A DNA stretch of 64,000 bases from Antedon mediterranea (GCF_964355755.1 NC_092680.1:1116001-1180000); one strand, 5' to 3'; shown: positions 36,121 through 59,919, numbered from the stretch's first letter. Notes: generated from the sequence alone by a model not told the origin. Made by a program: numbers and translations.

Positions 36121-37419
36121 CTGAAAAGAGAAGAAAACAAACTATATATGAACATGTGATTTCATGGTTTTAAGTTAAAAATTATACACTTTAATAAAAC
36201 TTCTTCTAAAATTTTTCCAGGTCCCTCAAATTTATTTTAGATGCTTTCTGTAACATTTTACATTTTACACAATAAACAATTGATGTGTTAGTATACATGT
36301 AACATTCATAGCTGTGTCTGCATTAACTAATAGTCGTCCCAAGAAACCTAAATTGTCTGAAAAAAAAAGAAAGTGCAGGGAAAAAATTATTTTTATTAAT
36401 GTGCAGTTAACATACATAAAAACAGTAACAGGGCCCATATAAATGACAAAACATTTATTTATTTGTGTAAATGTAAAATGTTACAGAAGTACGCGCAGAA
36501 ACAAAAGCTACCTAAAATCTAACTGCAAATTACAAGAAGTATTGAATATTATGTGATTTAAACTTAAACATTCTTACTGGGAAATATAAGAATATAAAAT
36601 AATAATACTTATCTGTCATAAGTGTAAAGAAGCACAGCATGAATGATGATACCACAACAGCAGTCTGAAGACTGGAAATAAGTCCTGCAAAAAATAAACA
36701 AAAAATAAATGAATATTCGTCCTTAAATAAAAGAAGTATACTTTTAAGTCTAATTTGACTAATAATAATAAATTTAATAATTGTATTATTATATTCTCAG
36801 TCATCAATTTAACCTATTCAATTCAACAATAAATGTTCCCGTATTAAAATTATACATCTCCCGAGGCCCCGAGACTCCTTTCCCGCTTGTAGATTGGGCT
36901 GAGTAGAAAATCAGACGACGTACGCGCTGAACACCTGTGACGTCACAGTAACCGGGCACCAGTGAACGCGCTGAGCAGACGATAATAACGGTTCGCGGCG
37001 ATTTACTTTTACAAACCATAGCTCAATGTAGGCTCAGTTATTTTCGTTAAATTTGAAAAAAAATTAACTATCTTGATGAAATCTGTGTTGTAAATGGTAA
37101 TAGAATGTTTTGATATTGAAAATTGGCAAATTAGTAGGCCAAATTCGCACCAGCAGGCCTATGCCTAAAATTGCATACGAGAGTAGATCGAGGGTCGAGG
37201 CGAAGAAGGTGGTTTATAAAATCAACATTTTCTGTATAAAAATGTGTCATTAAATAAAATAAAGAACTAAATTATGAGCTAGGGCCTACTATATGTGTGT
37301 ATTATAACCGGGAACTCGTAATATTTTGTATTAGTGCATATTTTTAAACAAATAAAATACTTACCTGCTCTATCGTCTCTCTCTTGATGTTTCTTCGTCG
37401 CCGTCAACTTACGAAATGG

Positions 37420-37760
37420 CAACGTAAATCGCCGAGTGGGTGACTTGACGAAAACTTAATATGCAAATTGTTAGATGAACTTATTCTAACTGTGATTGGC
37501 TAAATCGTCGTTACTATTTTTGCTGCAACTCGTTGATTGGTTACTCAATAATTACTGTTGCCCCCGCGTATTCTGAACTATCTCGGAACAACGATTGGTC
37601 AACTTTTTCACAGAAACACGTGTCTCCCGCATGCTACAACCAAACTCCGCCCAAAGGAAGTTTTAAGAACTGTTTTACTAGAGGGCGCTTTACAAGGTGG
37701 AAGAGTTGCCAGGATCATACAATAATGTTTTATGATGTTATTATGCAAATGACCTCAAAA
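37420..37760 (-). promoter_or_regulatory. Promoter-like region upstream of the microexon unit
   Basis: CpG-richer; three ATTGG (CCAAT on minus) at ~37496, 37536, 37594; CCGCCC at ~37647; ATGCAAAT at 37461 and 37743. Confidence 0.5.
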
Positions 37761-39808
37761 CGCCTGGACAGTCAAAATGACTTTTCTATTAAGTTAGGGT
37801 GTCTGAATGATTGAATTTACGTTAGGTGGCGGTATTATGGATAAGACAAAGCCATAATTATTCCAGTTAAAACGGATCAACGTTTCGTAAAACCTTTTTG
37901 TCATTACATTTTATTTTAAAGTTATATATACAGCAGTAAACTTAATTTAATTCATAAGATTTACTGAAACTTAAAGAAGATTAATTTGCTGAAAAATACA
38001 TCTGAAACCGTAGGCCTACTACGATATTTCAAACCAAATATGAATATTGTTTACAAAAAACAACTACTGTAGGTCTATAATAAAAGGTAACATGTATATT
38101 TTATCATAATAAAACAAATCTTAAACTAAATAAATAATATTTGAGGCAATTGAAGTTCATGAGTGTGGATAGGTACACTACAGAATGTATGAATATTATA
38201 TTAGTTAGTTAATAAAAAAAATCTTCATTATTATATGAAGTCTTTATTCAACTCGACGTCAAACTTGTTAAAGTATTGCTAGAACATATTGAAGAGTTTT
38301 CGGTGGTACGTCGTTAGATATTCAAATAATTAAATATTATTATTCAAATGAATGATTACCATACCGTACAAACAAACGTTTAGTAGTAGGCGTATTGGAA
38401 TTAATTACAATGCTGCTAAACTACAGTTGGTTGCTATACCTGGTTAGCATCGCCGATGCAAGATTTGTACGCTAAGAAAACGAATAAACAAACGCAGTTT
38501 AGGAATTTATAAAGCCTACATAAGGTCATCCTCAAAATGTTTATAATACAATGGAAGAGAATGAAAAAAAAAAACACTTTAAAATTGTGTCTGTCGACTC
38601 ACCTCTCTAAACGGTAATGATGCCGTATGCATGGTTCCAGCTGTTATAATCTTGGATGACTCCCTCTGGAAATTCCATATTTAATAACCCTTTGGTAATG
38701 TTATTATTTTATATTAGTGTAAATATTTCGTTTACAAACTTTTGATATAGCTCGACATGATCATCCGCAGCAAGATCGATATTGGGGGTACATTTCAGAC
38801 GAATCAGATGTCGGACGGCGGCGTGCAGACATTGTGTTGCCTTTTTTATAAACAGAAAATAGATATTCGCGTTTAACACCACCTGTATTTAAATTTAGGA
38901 AAAAAGGAATAAACTGTGACGTCATGATTAGTTAAATCTATTTAATATTGAAGATCAGATAGAAAGAATAATGAGCCTTATGCAACTGATTTGATTTCAA
39001 CATTATTTATAGTTACACTATTTATTAAAAGCTAACAATTTATGTTCAAAGAAATTATTGTATTACCAGATATCTGCTTATTTGTTGACAGAGATTTACC
39101 GTAATAATAATAATATACATAATAATAGTACATGTACTCCTTCCAGGTCGCGTGTTTTTTTTTCCAGGTCTCTTCTGAGGTATCCTTTAAATGGTATAGC
39201 GCCCTCTCTATTGATACGGCGGACAAATATCTACGCCAGAGTCCTTAAGCTACCAAAATATTGAATACATTATTGGTATTAAACGATCGAAGTAATAAAG
39301 AAAAACATTAGGAAATGCTTAGGTAATTCTAAAACATATATTTCCGTCTATATGTGAATGAATATTTTATTTTTTATTTTGATAACATTATTTTTTAAGC
39401 AAATAATTTGTGTATTTTTGCTCTCCTGGCGAATATTAATTCTGGCAATCATATATTTCCAAGATGCTGGTTTCGGATTGGAGGAAAGTTTGTGTCACGT
39501 CGGTGTGTGTGTTATACATAACCGTTTAGCCTAGGCCTAGGCTTATTATTACAATTTTGCCCTGTATTTGCCCACCAGTAAGAACATTAATTGGGTGATG
39601 GAATAAGATAGGTATAATTGCTATAATGTTATGTGGTTTAAATTTGATACAGGCTAAACCCCTAGCCTGGTCTGGTTTAGTCCTGCTGGACCCGTTAATG
39701 ATGTCTGGACAAACTTAGCTTAGCTTGGCTAGGCCTAGGCTAGTACTGTAGTAGTAGTAGTAGGGGAGGCCTAGTATGTATATTACAGGCCTATTATAAA
39801 TATTACAA

Positions 39809-48184
<8,376 letters not shown>

Positions 48185-49239
48185 GCCTACGCATCTACAA
48201 AGTAAAACTATAATAAATAGAAAAAATGTATTAGATTAATATAAATGGTTTTAACTTCATATAATACCCTTAGTTTTAATTATTGTTGTTCATAGTGCAT
48301 TTTTACCAAATATCTTTTTAGTAAATAAGGTTTGTTATTTATAATGTCCTCAACAGAGCCCGTAACTGTAAACTCAATAACTTATAAAGCAACCACTAAT
48401 GTGTAGGCCTAATATAGTCCCAATATATTGCAATGCAATACTATATAATCGACTGTACAATTTATTCTGTGAAACTTAACTCAATAAAACTTGTCGGTAA
48501 CAAATAAATCTTTTCTATGTACGAACAAATAATTATGCCTGTACTCACTTGATTTTCTGCCTTGTAATTCTTAATATCCAACACAACATTCAGAATAAAA
48601 GCCCTTATAATTATCTACGTCGAATACAAATGACAACCACAAGAATAAAGCATGCTGGCGTAGATTGACCTGTTTTTAGTCGTAGGAAGGTTATTAAGTG
48701 TAAATGAACGAACAGTGTATTGAAAAGTGCTAATCCTCATTATTAAGCCGTGCTCATCGATGGTTTCCACACAAATCCCCTTCAGTTGGTAATGAACCGG
48801 ATATACAGATATAAAAATAATGATGTATTATTGCGGAGGTGTCCGTCCAGATGGAATTAATTAAATTATGATTAATATAGTAATTGAATAATTTCAAAAT
48901 AGTTTCGTTTTGTTGCTTAAGATATTAGACCTATATTGATTATATTCCAGACCTCACGTTTTACCAAGCAATGACCAGTAGGGTCTACAATATTACCTTT
49001 TCACATTTTTCTTCATTGTAGTTTAATTTAAAGGTCAGCATGCCTTTAAAACATTCTTTTTTTTATTTGTCTGCGTTTAAAATCGGTTTTCCACATATCC
49101 ATTAAATTCGCCTAGTGGAAACGCGGCTTTACTACACTATCAAACTTGATGTGACCAAAAAATGTGATGTGCCCATATGGACACGATGATGGCATATTTG
49201 ACTTTTTTGTCAAACTAGTTGAATTGAATTGAAATATAT

Positions 49240-49540
49240 ATTTATACTGGGTAACCTCTTCAGTCAAAGACTGGTCTCCCAGAGGGCCCAGTTGGTGATC
49301 AGTGGCTGTGATGTACTAATACACCGGGGTAACCCCCTACTCGTCTCGAAAGATGTACTAGGTTCTTTAAAGTGCACACGAGCTAGATGTGTACACTGGA
49401 CCTACGGTTTATAGTCCTTATCCGAGAAGACTCGTTCTACCACCAGAACCATGGAGTGAGTGAGCCTCGAACCCATGCCGATGTTATGGCTACGTAATGA
49501 CGGTTCCACTGTCTTAACCGCTTGGCCACTCACTCACTCA
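49240..49540 (-). mobile_element. SINE-like insertion interrupting a family A MITE
   Basis: Reverse strand begins gagtggccaagcggttaagacagtgg...gggttcgaggctc (tRNA-like boxes); MITE A halves lie on either side (49131-49220, 49543-49560). Confidence 0.6.
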
Positions 49541-50287
49541 CACTTGATAGTGTAGACGGAGATGGTGCATTGTTCTAACGGTATTTGATAAAGAATTTGA
49601 AATGCTATAAGTGCGCTGCTCATTCATATATAACAGTGTTTAAGAACTTTGTAATAAAGAATTTGAGACACAGTTCCTGTACAAATAAGTTTTTAATAAG
49701 ATCTAAATTAGGCTGTAACAATAACAGGAAAAAATTCCATGTTGTCAAACATACACTTGTAGAACATGATACAGATGATTACTGTAGATAACACATAGCT
49801 GATGTACAGTATACATAACCATTACCACAAAGCCTGTATGTATTAGACAGGTAGTGATTACCACAACACTATTGCTGTTATGCAACATACACCATTACTC
49901 AACTGCATGACACATTTCATTTGTTTCAAATTGTATTTAAGGATTATAAGTTGTATTTAGGCACACAGTAGAACCCCTTATTAGGGGGAAAATCAATCCC
50001 CTTAGTAGGGGGGTCACCTGACTAGGGATGTCACCTGACTAGGGATGTCACCTGACTAGGGGTGTCACCTGAATAGGGATTGGCCATAGTGCCAAAACAT
50101 ATTTTCAGGTGTTTGTAGACATTGTATTTTGAACAAATAAAATTGTAAACTATTTCAGTCCTTGTATGAAGCTTCTCAAAGAAAAGCTCTAATTTTGAAA
50201 ATTAAAACCAGATAATAAACAGATTCCAGTGTATTTGCAAATTATTTAATGACAAACAACTATATTTTGTAGAAAAATCATTATGCC

Positions 50288-53200
50288 TTAGGATTTTGCA
50301 ATTGGCATGGTAGGTAGGTCATGTATACCGTCCTTGTCAACGATTCGAACATGGAATGACGGTAAATTGACAATAAACCTCTTCTGTACTTCTGTGAGTG
50401 CTTTCTGCAACAGTTCTACCGCTTCATCTTGTGACAAACCTGTCAAAATACAACGATAACGACTAGTACTGTTTATGTTTACTTTGTATTAACTATTATT
50501 ATTATTCTGAATTTAGGCATATTGTAAAGTCTAAAACGCTATGCGACAAAAAAATGTAATGTGCCCATAATATGGACATGATGATTTTCATATTTAAGCA
50601 TATCACTACACTATTTAAGTATATCACTACCATATTTAGCATATTAATACCATATTTAAGCATATCACTACCATATTTAAGCATATCACTACCATATTTA
50701 AGCATATCACTACCATAAAAGCATATCAGTAGTACCAAATTTAAGCATATTACTACCATATTTAAGCATATCACTACCATATTTGGGCACATCACGCTTT
50801 TTTTGTCAAACTAGTTTGATAGTGTAGACAGATCTTAATAAGTGCACTCATTCACTATCCTTCTCAGAGGTGGCAACACAAAATATACACAAGATGTTCT
50901 ACACAGGCTTAAAGACGTCTAATGGGAGTTCTATTTTAGTTTGAGAACCCAGGACCCTGTGCAGGGTAGGATGTGAATCTATGTTGTGTGTATAAGGTAT
51001 CTAATCATCATCTTAACAAGAGGAAGTCAGAACTAGAATTCTGTTTTTTAATATTTTAGATACATCATCAGATACGTTTAGACTGGATACATATGTCTGG
51101 TTTCCAGAATTGTGGCATTCCAAATGCATTTTTAATGCTAAAAAGAACTTTTGGACGTCAAAAAAAAAAGAGATTCCACCCTGTGTTGGGTATTTAGGCT
51201 CCTATAAAGGTAAAGGTGAGTCACGTGTTCTCTGAACGTAGGGGAATGAGCTGTTAGGAGCTCATTGTACTAAGCCTCGGCATTATGTGGTAGGGTGGCC
51301 AGTTCCTTTCCACGCTGCCTTTTTTTCTCCCTAGTATTTTCAACCAGGTACTCATTTACAGCCAAGTGGACTGGGAGTTGTCGGGAATTGAACCCGGGTC
51401 TATCTGTATGACAGTCAAGTGTCCTAACCACTCGGCTATCAACAACTCCTAGGAGGCTCCTATAGAGGGCCTATTTCTATGTTCTAAATAGAGGGCGCTA
51501 TAACAACTACTCCAATTTTACATTACACGTTATTACTATGAACTAAAACAAATGATACAAACCTTTTTTGTAATATCTGTCTAATACACTGAGCGAGAAA
51601 AATGAGCCATATCCATGAGCAGCAAATGGAACTTGATTGAGAGATGCTAGGTAATCCATGTAATATAATGATGGGCCGTCCTTATCATCTACCCCTGCCA
51701 TTAATAAATTCACCTGATATGCCGACTGCAATGCAAATATACACAATGCAAAATACGCTAACTATAATAATTTCAGCAGATACATGTATGAAATTGTAGG
51801 TGTCACATCAACATTAATTTACTACTGCAGTTACTACATTTTGTTTACATGTAATAATGCATTTTAGTTTGTTTTATTGTTTATGGGTCATTCAGATTTG
51901 CTAATGAAACTAGGTTTAAGACTAAAAAAATGTGGTTACCTTCAGTAACTGCGGTAGAACAATTTACATGGCCACAAAAGACATTTTGGATATACAAAAA
52001 TTGTATTTAACCATTAACACTAACATACAGTACCTGTACTATAATAGAGTGAATGTATATATTTGTTAAACATGAAGTATATATTAAATGTATATGCAAT
52101 ATTACTTATGTTTTAGTATTATCCAATACAAGACTTCTTTTTATCTATGGTATTTTTGTAGAACACATTGTACATACCCGAGTTCTAAGAGCATCTGCAA
52201 GCTGTTTGCGAGTAAAGTTGGCTGCAGCATGAGGTGATAGTTCATAACCTGAGCAGAATAAACATCAAGAGTCATAAGTAGAATAAATGGCCACGGTCAT
52301 AAGTAGAATAAATGGTAACAGTCATAAGTAGAATAAATGGCCACGGTCATAAGTAGAATAAATGGTAACGGTCATAAGTAGAATAAATGGCCACGGTCAT
52401 AAGTAGAATAAATGGCCACGGTCATAAGTAGAATAAATGGCCACGGTCATAAGTAGAATAAATGGCCACGGTCATAAGTAGAATAAATGGCCACGGTCGT
52501 AAGTAGAATAAATGGCCACGGTCGTAAGTAGAATAAATGGCCACGGTCGTAAGTAGAATAAATGGCCACGGTCGTAAGTAGAATAAATGGCCACGGTCAT
52601 AAGTAGAATAAATGGCCACGGTCATAAGTAGAATAAATGGCCACGGTCATAAGTAGAATAAATGGCCACGGTCATAAGTAGAATAAATGGCCACGGTCAT
52701 AAGTAGAATAAATGGCCACGGTCATAAGTGTAGAATAAATGGCCACGGTCATAAGAGTAGAATAAGTCCATATCTATTTTTGTGACAGAGCTTAGACTAG
52801 AGCTCAAATGTTCCTTATAATACCAAGATATGTTAGGATTATCTAGTTAATTATAAAGTAATTGATTTATTGCCTTTAGAACATTCAAACTTTTACCTAC
52901 CATTTCTCATTTTATAAAGTTGTAGATTCTTCTGAATAAATTCTGCAAATTGAACTGTGTCACCAGAATCGCCAACTGCCAACAGCGCAATTTTATCACT
53001 AAGCTTAAACATTTTGTCTTGATCTGTAAAATAAATAAAAGTAAAAACATATATTAATTCATATTCTAAGGACATGGTTATTGTACTGGTTAATACAAAA
53101 AATAAAGGGCGATTAACTACTAGTAGTAGGTCACGGACCAAAACCTGCAGCCAATCACGAAAAATGCCCTCTCTGCGGTCGGTTATTTGCACACAAAAAT

Positions 53201-53763
53201 AACCAATGCTGTATGGCCACCTGCTGTATTTATTTACAAATATATATATATATATATATGACCTCCCCCTCCCCCCCCTCCCAACTCAATCCAACCACCT
53301 TTCCTTGCCTTGTTTTCCACATTTCCACTTTTGTATTTAATATTTTTCAACTTTATTTTACACACACAGCAGTAGTATAAACAGTTTGAATTGATTGGGT
53401 GAAATTGGGACTGTCACTCAAATCATTCATCATTTTTTTTAAACAATACTTAACTAGACTGTACATGAACTGCTATAGGTAAATCTAAAGCAACTAGACC
53501 CCATTTTTCAATATGCTAGGCCTAGGCCAAATTTCACTAATTTAAATCCCACTGAAACTAACGCCATGAAAGCTCTTTCTTCCCGGTGTTGTTTAGTGCA
53601 AGTCATGTTTCTTGTTCAGCCTAGCTAGCGAGAGTGATGCTGAATTTAATGAAAGAATTAATCAACAATTACCATGTTTCATAACAAACACACTCCTTGC
53701 AGATGTTCTGTCAGATGCAACTAAAACAAACCCATCTCCTACAATGCCAATTAAAAACTCCAT
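50288..53763 (-). CDS. PSMB2: Proteasome subunit beta type-2 (199 aa)
   Basis: Exons 53673-53763 ([18 protein letters not shown]), 52901-53023 ([25 protein letters not shown]), 52178-52248 ([17 protein letters not shown]), 51563-51725 ([20 protein letters not shown]), 50288-50439 ([19 protein letters not shown]); 600 nt in total. Confidence 0.96.
51205..51440 (-). mobile_element. tRNA-derived SINE fragment in a PSMB2 intron
   Basis: Reverse strand gatagccgagtggttaggacacttgact...cgggttcaattcccg head. Confidence 0.6.
52270..52755. repeat. 25-bp minisatellite (~19 copies) next to a PSMB2 acceptor
   Basis: Unit gtcataagtagaataaatggccacg. Confidence 0.92.
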
Positions 53764-56700
53764 TTTCTATTAAATTGACAATAAACCTTGATATTGTAGG
53801 CGTTTATCAAATAATGTGCAAAATCAACTTTTTTTTTACAATGTGTTGTGTTTGTTTGTTTGTTTGTGCATTTACTTTATTTATTACGCCACTCCTACAG
53901 TAAAACTAGTGGTGGCGTTAACACAACCGATGGATCGGATTAAACTGTTGTATGAGAAAGGATTTATTTCAAGCATGGAGGAAGTTATACCTTCATATTT
54001 CAAGCTTTTATTCATTCCAAACTAAAAAAATAAGACAGACATTTATTTACATGCAAATAGAGTATTTAAATCACACTTGACTGAGGAGCCCACCATTTAT
54101 CGGATAGAAGCACTAAGTTATGACATAATTTATGGAACACCATTTTTATCTCAACCCATTTCTTGAAATCTATAATATATTACACTTTCCATTCCAGAAA
54201 TCTTAGATTTCGTTTAAGAAATGCTGGATCTGCCCTGCACTGGCCGTTTAGCCAGACCTCTCATATCTCTTGTCGATTATTTTCAAAGCGCATGGGCTAA
54301 AGTTCGGTTCCCACAGACGCAATGCGTAACCGTACCGATATTAACTTGACCCAATCATGATCATTCTAACTGTCGCTTTTGTGATCGGTCTAAAATCATA
54401 AACACACCCAGTTAACTCTCTGAACCATTCACCCAGGGAGTTGTTATCAACTCTCTGATTCACCCAAGACTAATAAATTAAGTAATTCTATTCTTCTTCT
54501 TTCTGCTAAAATTTTTTTTTACAATGGATCAATACTTTCACGCAGAGTGCGTCGACTTTATAGACGAGCTCCATTGCCTGATGCTAGATAATTAAATGTG
54601 TTCAAGGTTATATGCCAATTTTTCTATTGTTACCTTTTTTTTTTAATTCAATACCTTTCAATAATAACACAATTGGTTGCGTGTGTAATGCAAGAATCTA
54701 TTATTAGGCCTGTTGGGTACACGGCGGTTCTGGGGGTGGTTTTAGTGGCTGTTTTACAGTTCTGATTTACTGTAACAAACAACGCTTAATAATTAAAAGG
54801 ATAGGTTTGTACGTACACATCCATTATTGTGTTCATGAATTTGTGCGATCGGTTTGCTCCAAGTTATTATGTCGTGTTCAAACCTATTATTGATTTCTGG
54901 CTATTATTGATGGAATCTGTTTTTGTTATTCATTGTCAAACTCTATACTAACCCTAACCAAATATTTACATAATATTTACATAGTTCTATACTTTATTGA
55001 TTTGATATATTATTTTTTCATCATCATCATCATCATTTATGATCAACCATTTTTGTTTGCTCTGTAGTTAAAGGTCTTTTTGTATGTGATGAGTCTTATA
55101 TCGGACAAATTAAAACTATTAAAAGTGTCAACTTGTTTCCTATTGTTGACAAGTATCACTACACCCCTCCGTTTCCTATTTGTTGACAAGTATCACTACA
55201 CCCCTCCGTAAAAAAAAAATCATTCGTTTATATTTGTTGATTTTGCTGCTTCGGTGTTTTGGTTACAAGAAATATTCCTAATAATTATAAATACGCATTT
55301 GTCCCCTAACTCTTTTACATGCACTTTCTACCATTTATTTCTGTATTGTGGAGTTGTGGCTTAGTGTTTATGATGCTTTGCTATCAATCCAATGGTCACG
55401 TGTCTTGTTTATGTACAGCATCTTTGTATTATTATGTTTAGTGTCTTGTGAACAAGATTGCCACCCGTTTGGGAAGGATAGTGAATGAAGTCACTTGTGG
55501 TTTTCCTTGGCAATTTACCTAAAACCTAAAAATATTTATCAAAATTGTATTACAATAAAATGAATGAGACTGGCAGGCGCCGTTCTACCGACTCAGGTAA
55601 GGCTAAAAAGTAATGATTCGGTCTGGTGCATTTCTATGGTACGCGCAAAGAACAACAGTACAAAAATGGAATATCTAAGGACACTTCGTCTTATGATTAT
55701 TGACGAAATACTTGACGAATGATGCTTGACTCTTGATGCTTGACGTTAGCATAATTTTACTTTTCCTTTTATGTTATCATTCAACACCTTGCAATCTATT
55801 TTCAATAGACATATTATATGAAATATTTTGGGATTAGGAGATAATTTATTTTGACAATGAAAATAGATAACATTTGTTGAATATCCCTTAAACAATACAA
55901 TACATGATTTTAACTAATGGGTCCTTTTCCACAGTGTTCACTATAGATAGATTTCAACGAGGGATAAAAACACGTTTACCTTTGTATCACAGTGACGAAA
56001 ATGCTATGTATGAATACGAATGAATTCAATTCAATTTCTTTTATTTCAGAAAGTTTCATCTATATCAACAAACAGAAAAAGAACATTCGCAAGCTTAAAT
56101 ATAGGATACTTCTACAATCCGATTAAATGTGTTCCGATGCAATCAAATTATTGATGTGATCCTAAAAAAAGATTCTACATTAATATACAAATACAAGCTA
56201 CGTAACAACAACGTATTGGCAACTAAACATTACTGCTCTGTGTGTTAGGTTCATATACGGATGATGCAACAAAATGGTGCGAATTATTTTCATTTAAGCC
56301 TACTAGAAAATATTGATTATATTATATAATATATAATGAAAATAATAACGCATAATTTGGAGAGCAGAAAATACAGACAGACTGAATGAACAACTAACGA
56401 GAAGCTACCTGTTAAATTTGACTAAGCTCATCTGCGAGTTGTGTTTGGGGAAATATCGATCGATTTTTTATAAAGGCCAACCCACTAACACTAATAGATA
56501 TCTATACAGTGTTAACACTCGATTCACAAAAGCAATGTACAGCCTGACAAATTTTTAATTTTGAGATCTTTAGAAAGCTAAACTTATCCTTGACTAGATA
56601 TTGACCTTTTAGAAACCAATTGTCGATTCCTTCTCAAAGACTACTTGTTGTAGTTGCAATCTGGTGGTAGTAACGAATTATTGTAGCATTTCAATTGTCC

Positions 56701-58412
56701 AACAGACGTATTAAGAACAACTTATACTCTGTCTACACTATCAAACTTTGATGTGAAAAAAATGTGATGTGCCCATATATGGACATGATGATGTCATATC
56801 ACTACAATTTGGGCATATCACCAGTTTTAACATGAATTTTGATAGTGTAAACAGAGCTATAGATGAAGACGGCACTTTATTTCAAGAGGGTAGACAAAGG
56901 AGACGTTAATGTTATAAAAAAGATGAATCTGTGCTGTATACAATAGATTAAACAATCATTTTTAGTCGAAAGCTCGCTACTATAAGTTCGAAACCTAAAC
57001 AGTAATTCCTTGCCTGAGTCATATAGCTCATAAAACTAGAAGTATTCTCTATTAATTGTGGTTAACATACAGGATAGCATGTAATACTAAATTATACTTC
57101 CTTAAAGGTCTTTGTTGTACAGTATAGAATATTGTTTCCTTTTATGTCTTCACAAAAACAAACATCTACTTTATATCTTGTTTCAGGATGATGACGAATC
57201 TGAATTAGCAGTTTGTAACGAAACAGCAAGCTTTTTTTTGTCAAAATAGTTTAATAGTATAGACTGAGGCTTAATATACCGTTGACTTGAACAGTACCTC
57301 CACTTATTCTCTAGGCTTTATTGATAACTTTTTATATTGCTATACTTTTTTCCCCTCCTCCTCTGGCTTAGATTTGTGTTGGCTCTCTCCAGATATTACG
57401 ATTTTAGGTTTATTAACTGTTTTCTCTACATTTAAAGATATTTTTAACTAAGTCATTTACTTCCACCGAAAAAACCAACAAAACTCATGATTTCACTGTA
57501 AAAAAAATGAAAATTTAATTATTTCAAAATAATAATAGATATTTCATTTTTTTAATTGTTCAGGGGAATCCGGGATGATTCACCCGAGGCGATTCGGTAA
57601 ATTCGGGAAGCACAAACAAAGATGAGAAACTATATATTATTATGTTCCACAAACTTGAGATAGCCTAGAATAATTAATTAAAGGTAAAAATCTATAGTAT
57701 AGTTATAAGCCATTCAAACTTTTATGAAAATCAGATAATAGATGTGGTCATTACACATTCATTATACAAGAGGAGTCAACCAATCAAAAGTAGCCATGTC
57801 CGTAGTCAGTGCAGTATTTACGACAAAAAGTCGCAACGTCCTTGACAATTGCATCGGGAACCAGGCGACCATTAGAGTAATACACGGTAAGTATTAGATA
57901 ATAGTATTATTACGCTATGAAAAAAAACATAAATTATTGTTTCGTTGGCGTAGCTTTAAAATATTCACTCTTCTCTTCAAAATGCCGGAAATTGAACATT
58001 TTATCCACCTTTGTCTTTTATTGATCGTTGTTTAAGTCAGTTCAGTTCGTATGTGACAAGGAGTGTGAAGAAGAGTATTCCCTGATATTAACATTTTAAT
58101 TGCTGAAAACACGTATATTAAAAAAAAAGAGACATTCCAGCGCCGGTAAACGCCCTGTGTGATTCCGTTTGTATTCCACGATAGATGGATCCAAGTTGTT
58201 AATATTCAAGTTACAAAAAACACAGCTTTGGTTGTCTATCGATTCCAGGCTGATATTAATGGGCTCTTGTTATTGTTTCCTAACCGCGACCGAACAGGTG
58301 TAATTATTACATTCATTTGTAATAATTTATTAGACAGTTTAATTTGAACATAATTTAAATTTCTATTTTATAGATACTTCGAATTGAAATCATCACCGTG
58401 AAATTATCCATC

Positions 58413-59172
58413 ATGAATAAATCGTTGGTCTGTGTTGCTGTTTTGCTGATACTGTCAGTGGTTGTTACGTCAACTGAAGGCTTGGCAGACATCGAGGTAG
58501 TATTATCATTTTTTGTAATATTGATAAATGATTTTTCATATGTTTGTTATCATAAGAGTGGAATGGCGGCCGTGTACGTCCGGCCAACTCGTGACGCGCG
58601 CGATTCTTTGGCGTCACCAACACAACAAGCGCAAAACGAATCTGTTTAGTTAAAGTTAAGTTAATCATTTAGTTTGAGCACGCGTCCACTCTTCTTCGTG
58701 GTTAAGTTACACTGGAAGGACTGGTATGGAACGCCAAAGAAATCATATAACCAGGCCTATGAACATCCGACAAGAATGTAAACAAATGAAAAACAGCGTC
58801 CAAATCAGCACAGGATAACCAGCAATACTTTTCGACATAATGCTTGGTTCACACTAGAGACGCAACTCGACGACGTAACGCAACATAAGGAATTTGACCA
58901 ATCACAGGTGATAGATTTATTCGACTGTCAACTCGCTTGTATTGCGTTTAGGTCCTTGCGTTGCGTCCCATCAGTGGGAACCAAGCTTAATGATGACGAT
59001 GACGGTACAGCGAATCTAACTAGATTTCTTTTTCTCAATACTTTTCTTCTAGAACAATGCGATGAATGCCATAAATGACAACAACGTCTATGAAGGGGCT
59101 ATCAAGTTCCGGGGAAGAAGATTACTTAGTATCCTGAGACGTCGACGAAGCGGAAAAAAGACGGGTCTTTAG
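58413..59172 (+). CDS. Small secreted precursor, copy 1 (67 aa): signal peptide, Asn/acidic spacer, cationic C-terminal peptide
   Basis: Exons 58413-58496 and 59053-59172: MNKSLVCVAVLLILSVVVTSTEGLADIE|NNAMNAINDNNVYEGAIKFRGRRLLSILRRRRSGKKTGL*; exons conserved with copy 2 while introns differ. Confidence 0.8.
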
Positions 59173-59919
59173 AATATAACATCACCAGATATCAGAAAAA
59201 AACATCCAATATTCCAATATTTACTTCATGATAACAGTTGGTGTGGTTTATCAGCTTATAATATAATAATAGTGTTCAGTTTACTAAATTAAACGTACAT
59301 TGTCGTTTTTTTACAATTTAGCGTAACTTCTTTCTATACATTTAATAATATAAATTGTTATCAATACGACTTTTTGATCTTATTTTATCTTATATCATCT
59401 AATAATAATAAACCATTTGTCCCCCTTTTAAAATTGAATTGTATTGGCAATTTTAATATTGTATATTTACTTACCGACGTATTGGTGTGGTTTATCGCCT
59501 AATTTATACACTTTGTTTTAAAAGCTTGGCGTGTATTTTTGTTTCTTGCTATTTCATACGTTTACGTTTGAATTATTATAGCCATAGGCCTAATGTTTAG
59601 TGTTATTTTTAATAATTATGCATTACATTAATTTATTTTTGTGTTTTTAAAACTAAACACAAGAAAACAAAACATTAGCCTTTTGTTTATTGTATTGTTT
59701 TTTTTATTGAATTAAAATTATAGATCAAGCAACTGTTTCACATCTTCATTGTTTTGTCACACACCGTAGCTAAAATTCCGAAAGGCAATCGTCGCGCCAG
59801 AGTATGCTAACTCATGTATTACGTCTCCAGTCTCACAACCATTAAGTATGCTAATAAAACACTGAAATAATTGTAATATACTGCAATACCAAAATGCAAT
59901 ATAGTGTTACAGTAATTAT

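Larger units (their letters stand above)
19664..37420 (-). other. Putative microexon-array transcription unit (lncRNA or degenerate/variable coding gene)
   Basis: First exon ending at donor CAG|GTAAGT (37365); acceptors at ~36686 and ~36356; founder-like 35-nt exon 36086-36120; ~100 tandem 41-nt exon cassettes; several 48-nt exons; distal exon 19664-19848 ending in the same GGAACCAAyCACAG|GTAAG. No single clear CDS. Confidence 0.55.

Noticed and set aside
57562-57575. NF-kB site upstream of peptide copy 1 (GGGGAATCCG)
   Set aside because: Imperfect match, and not seen upstream of copy 2.
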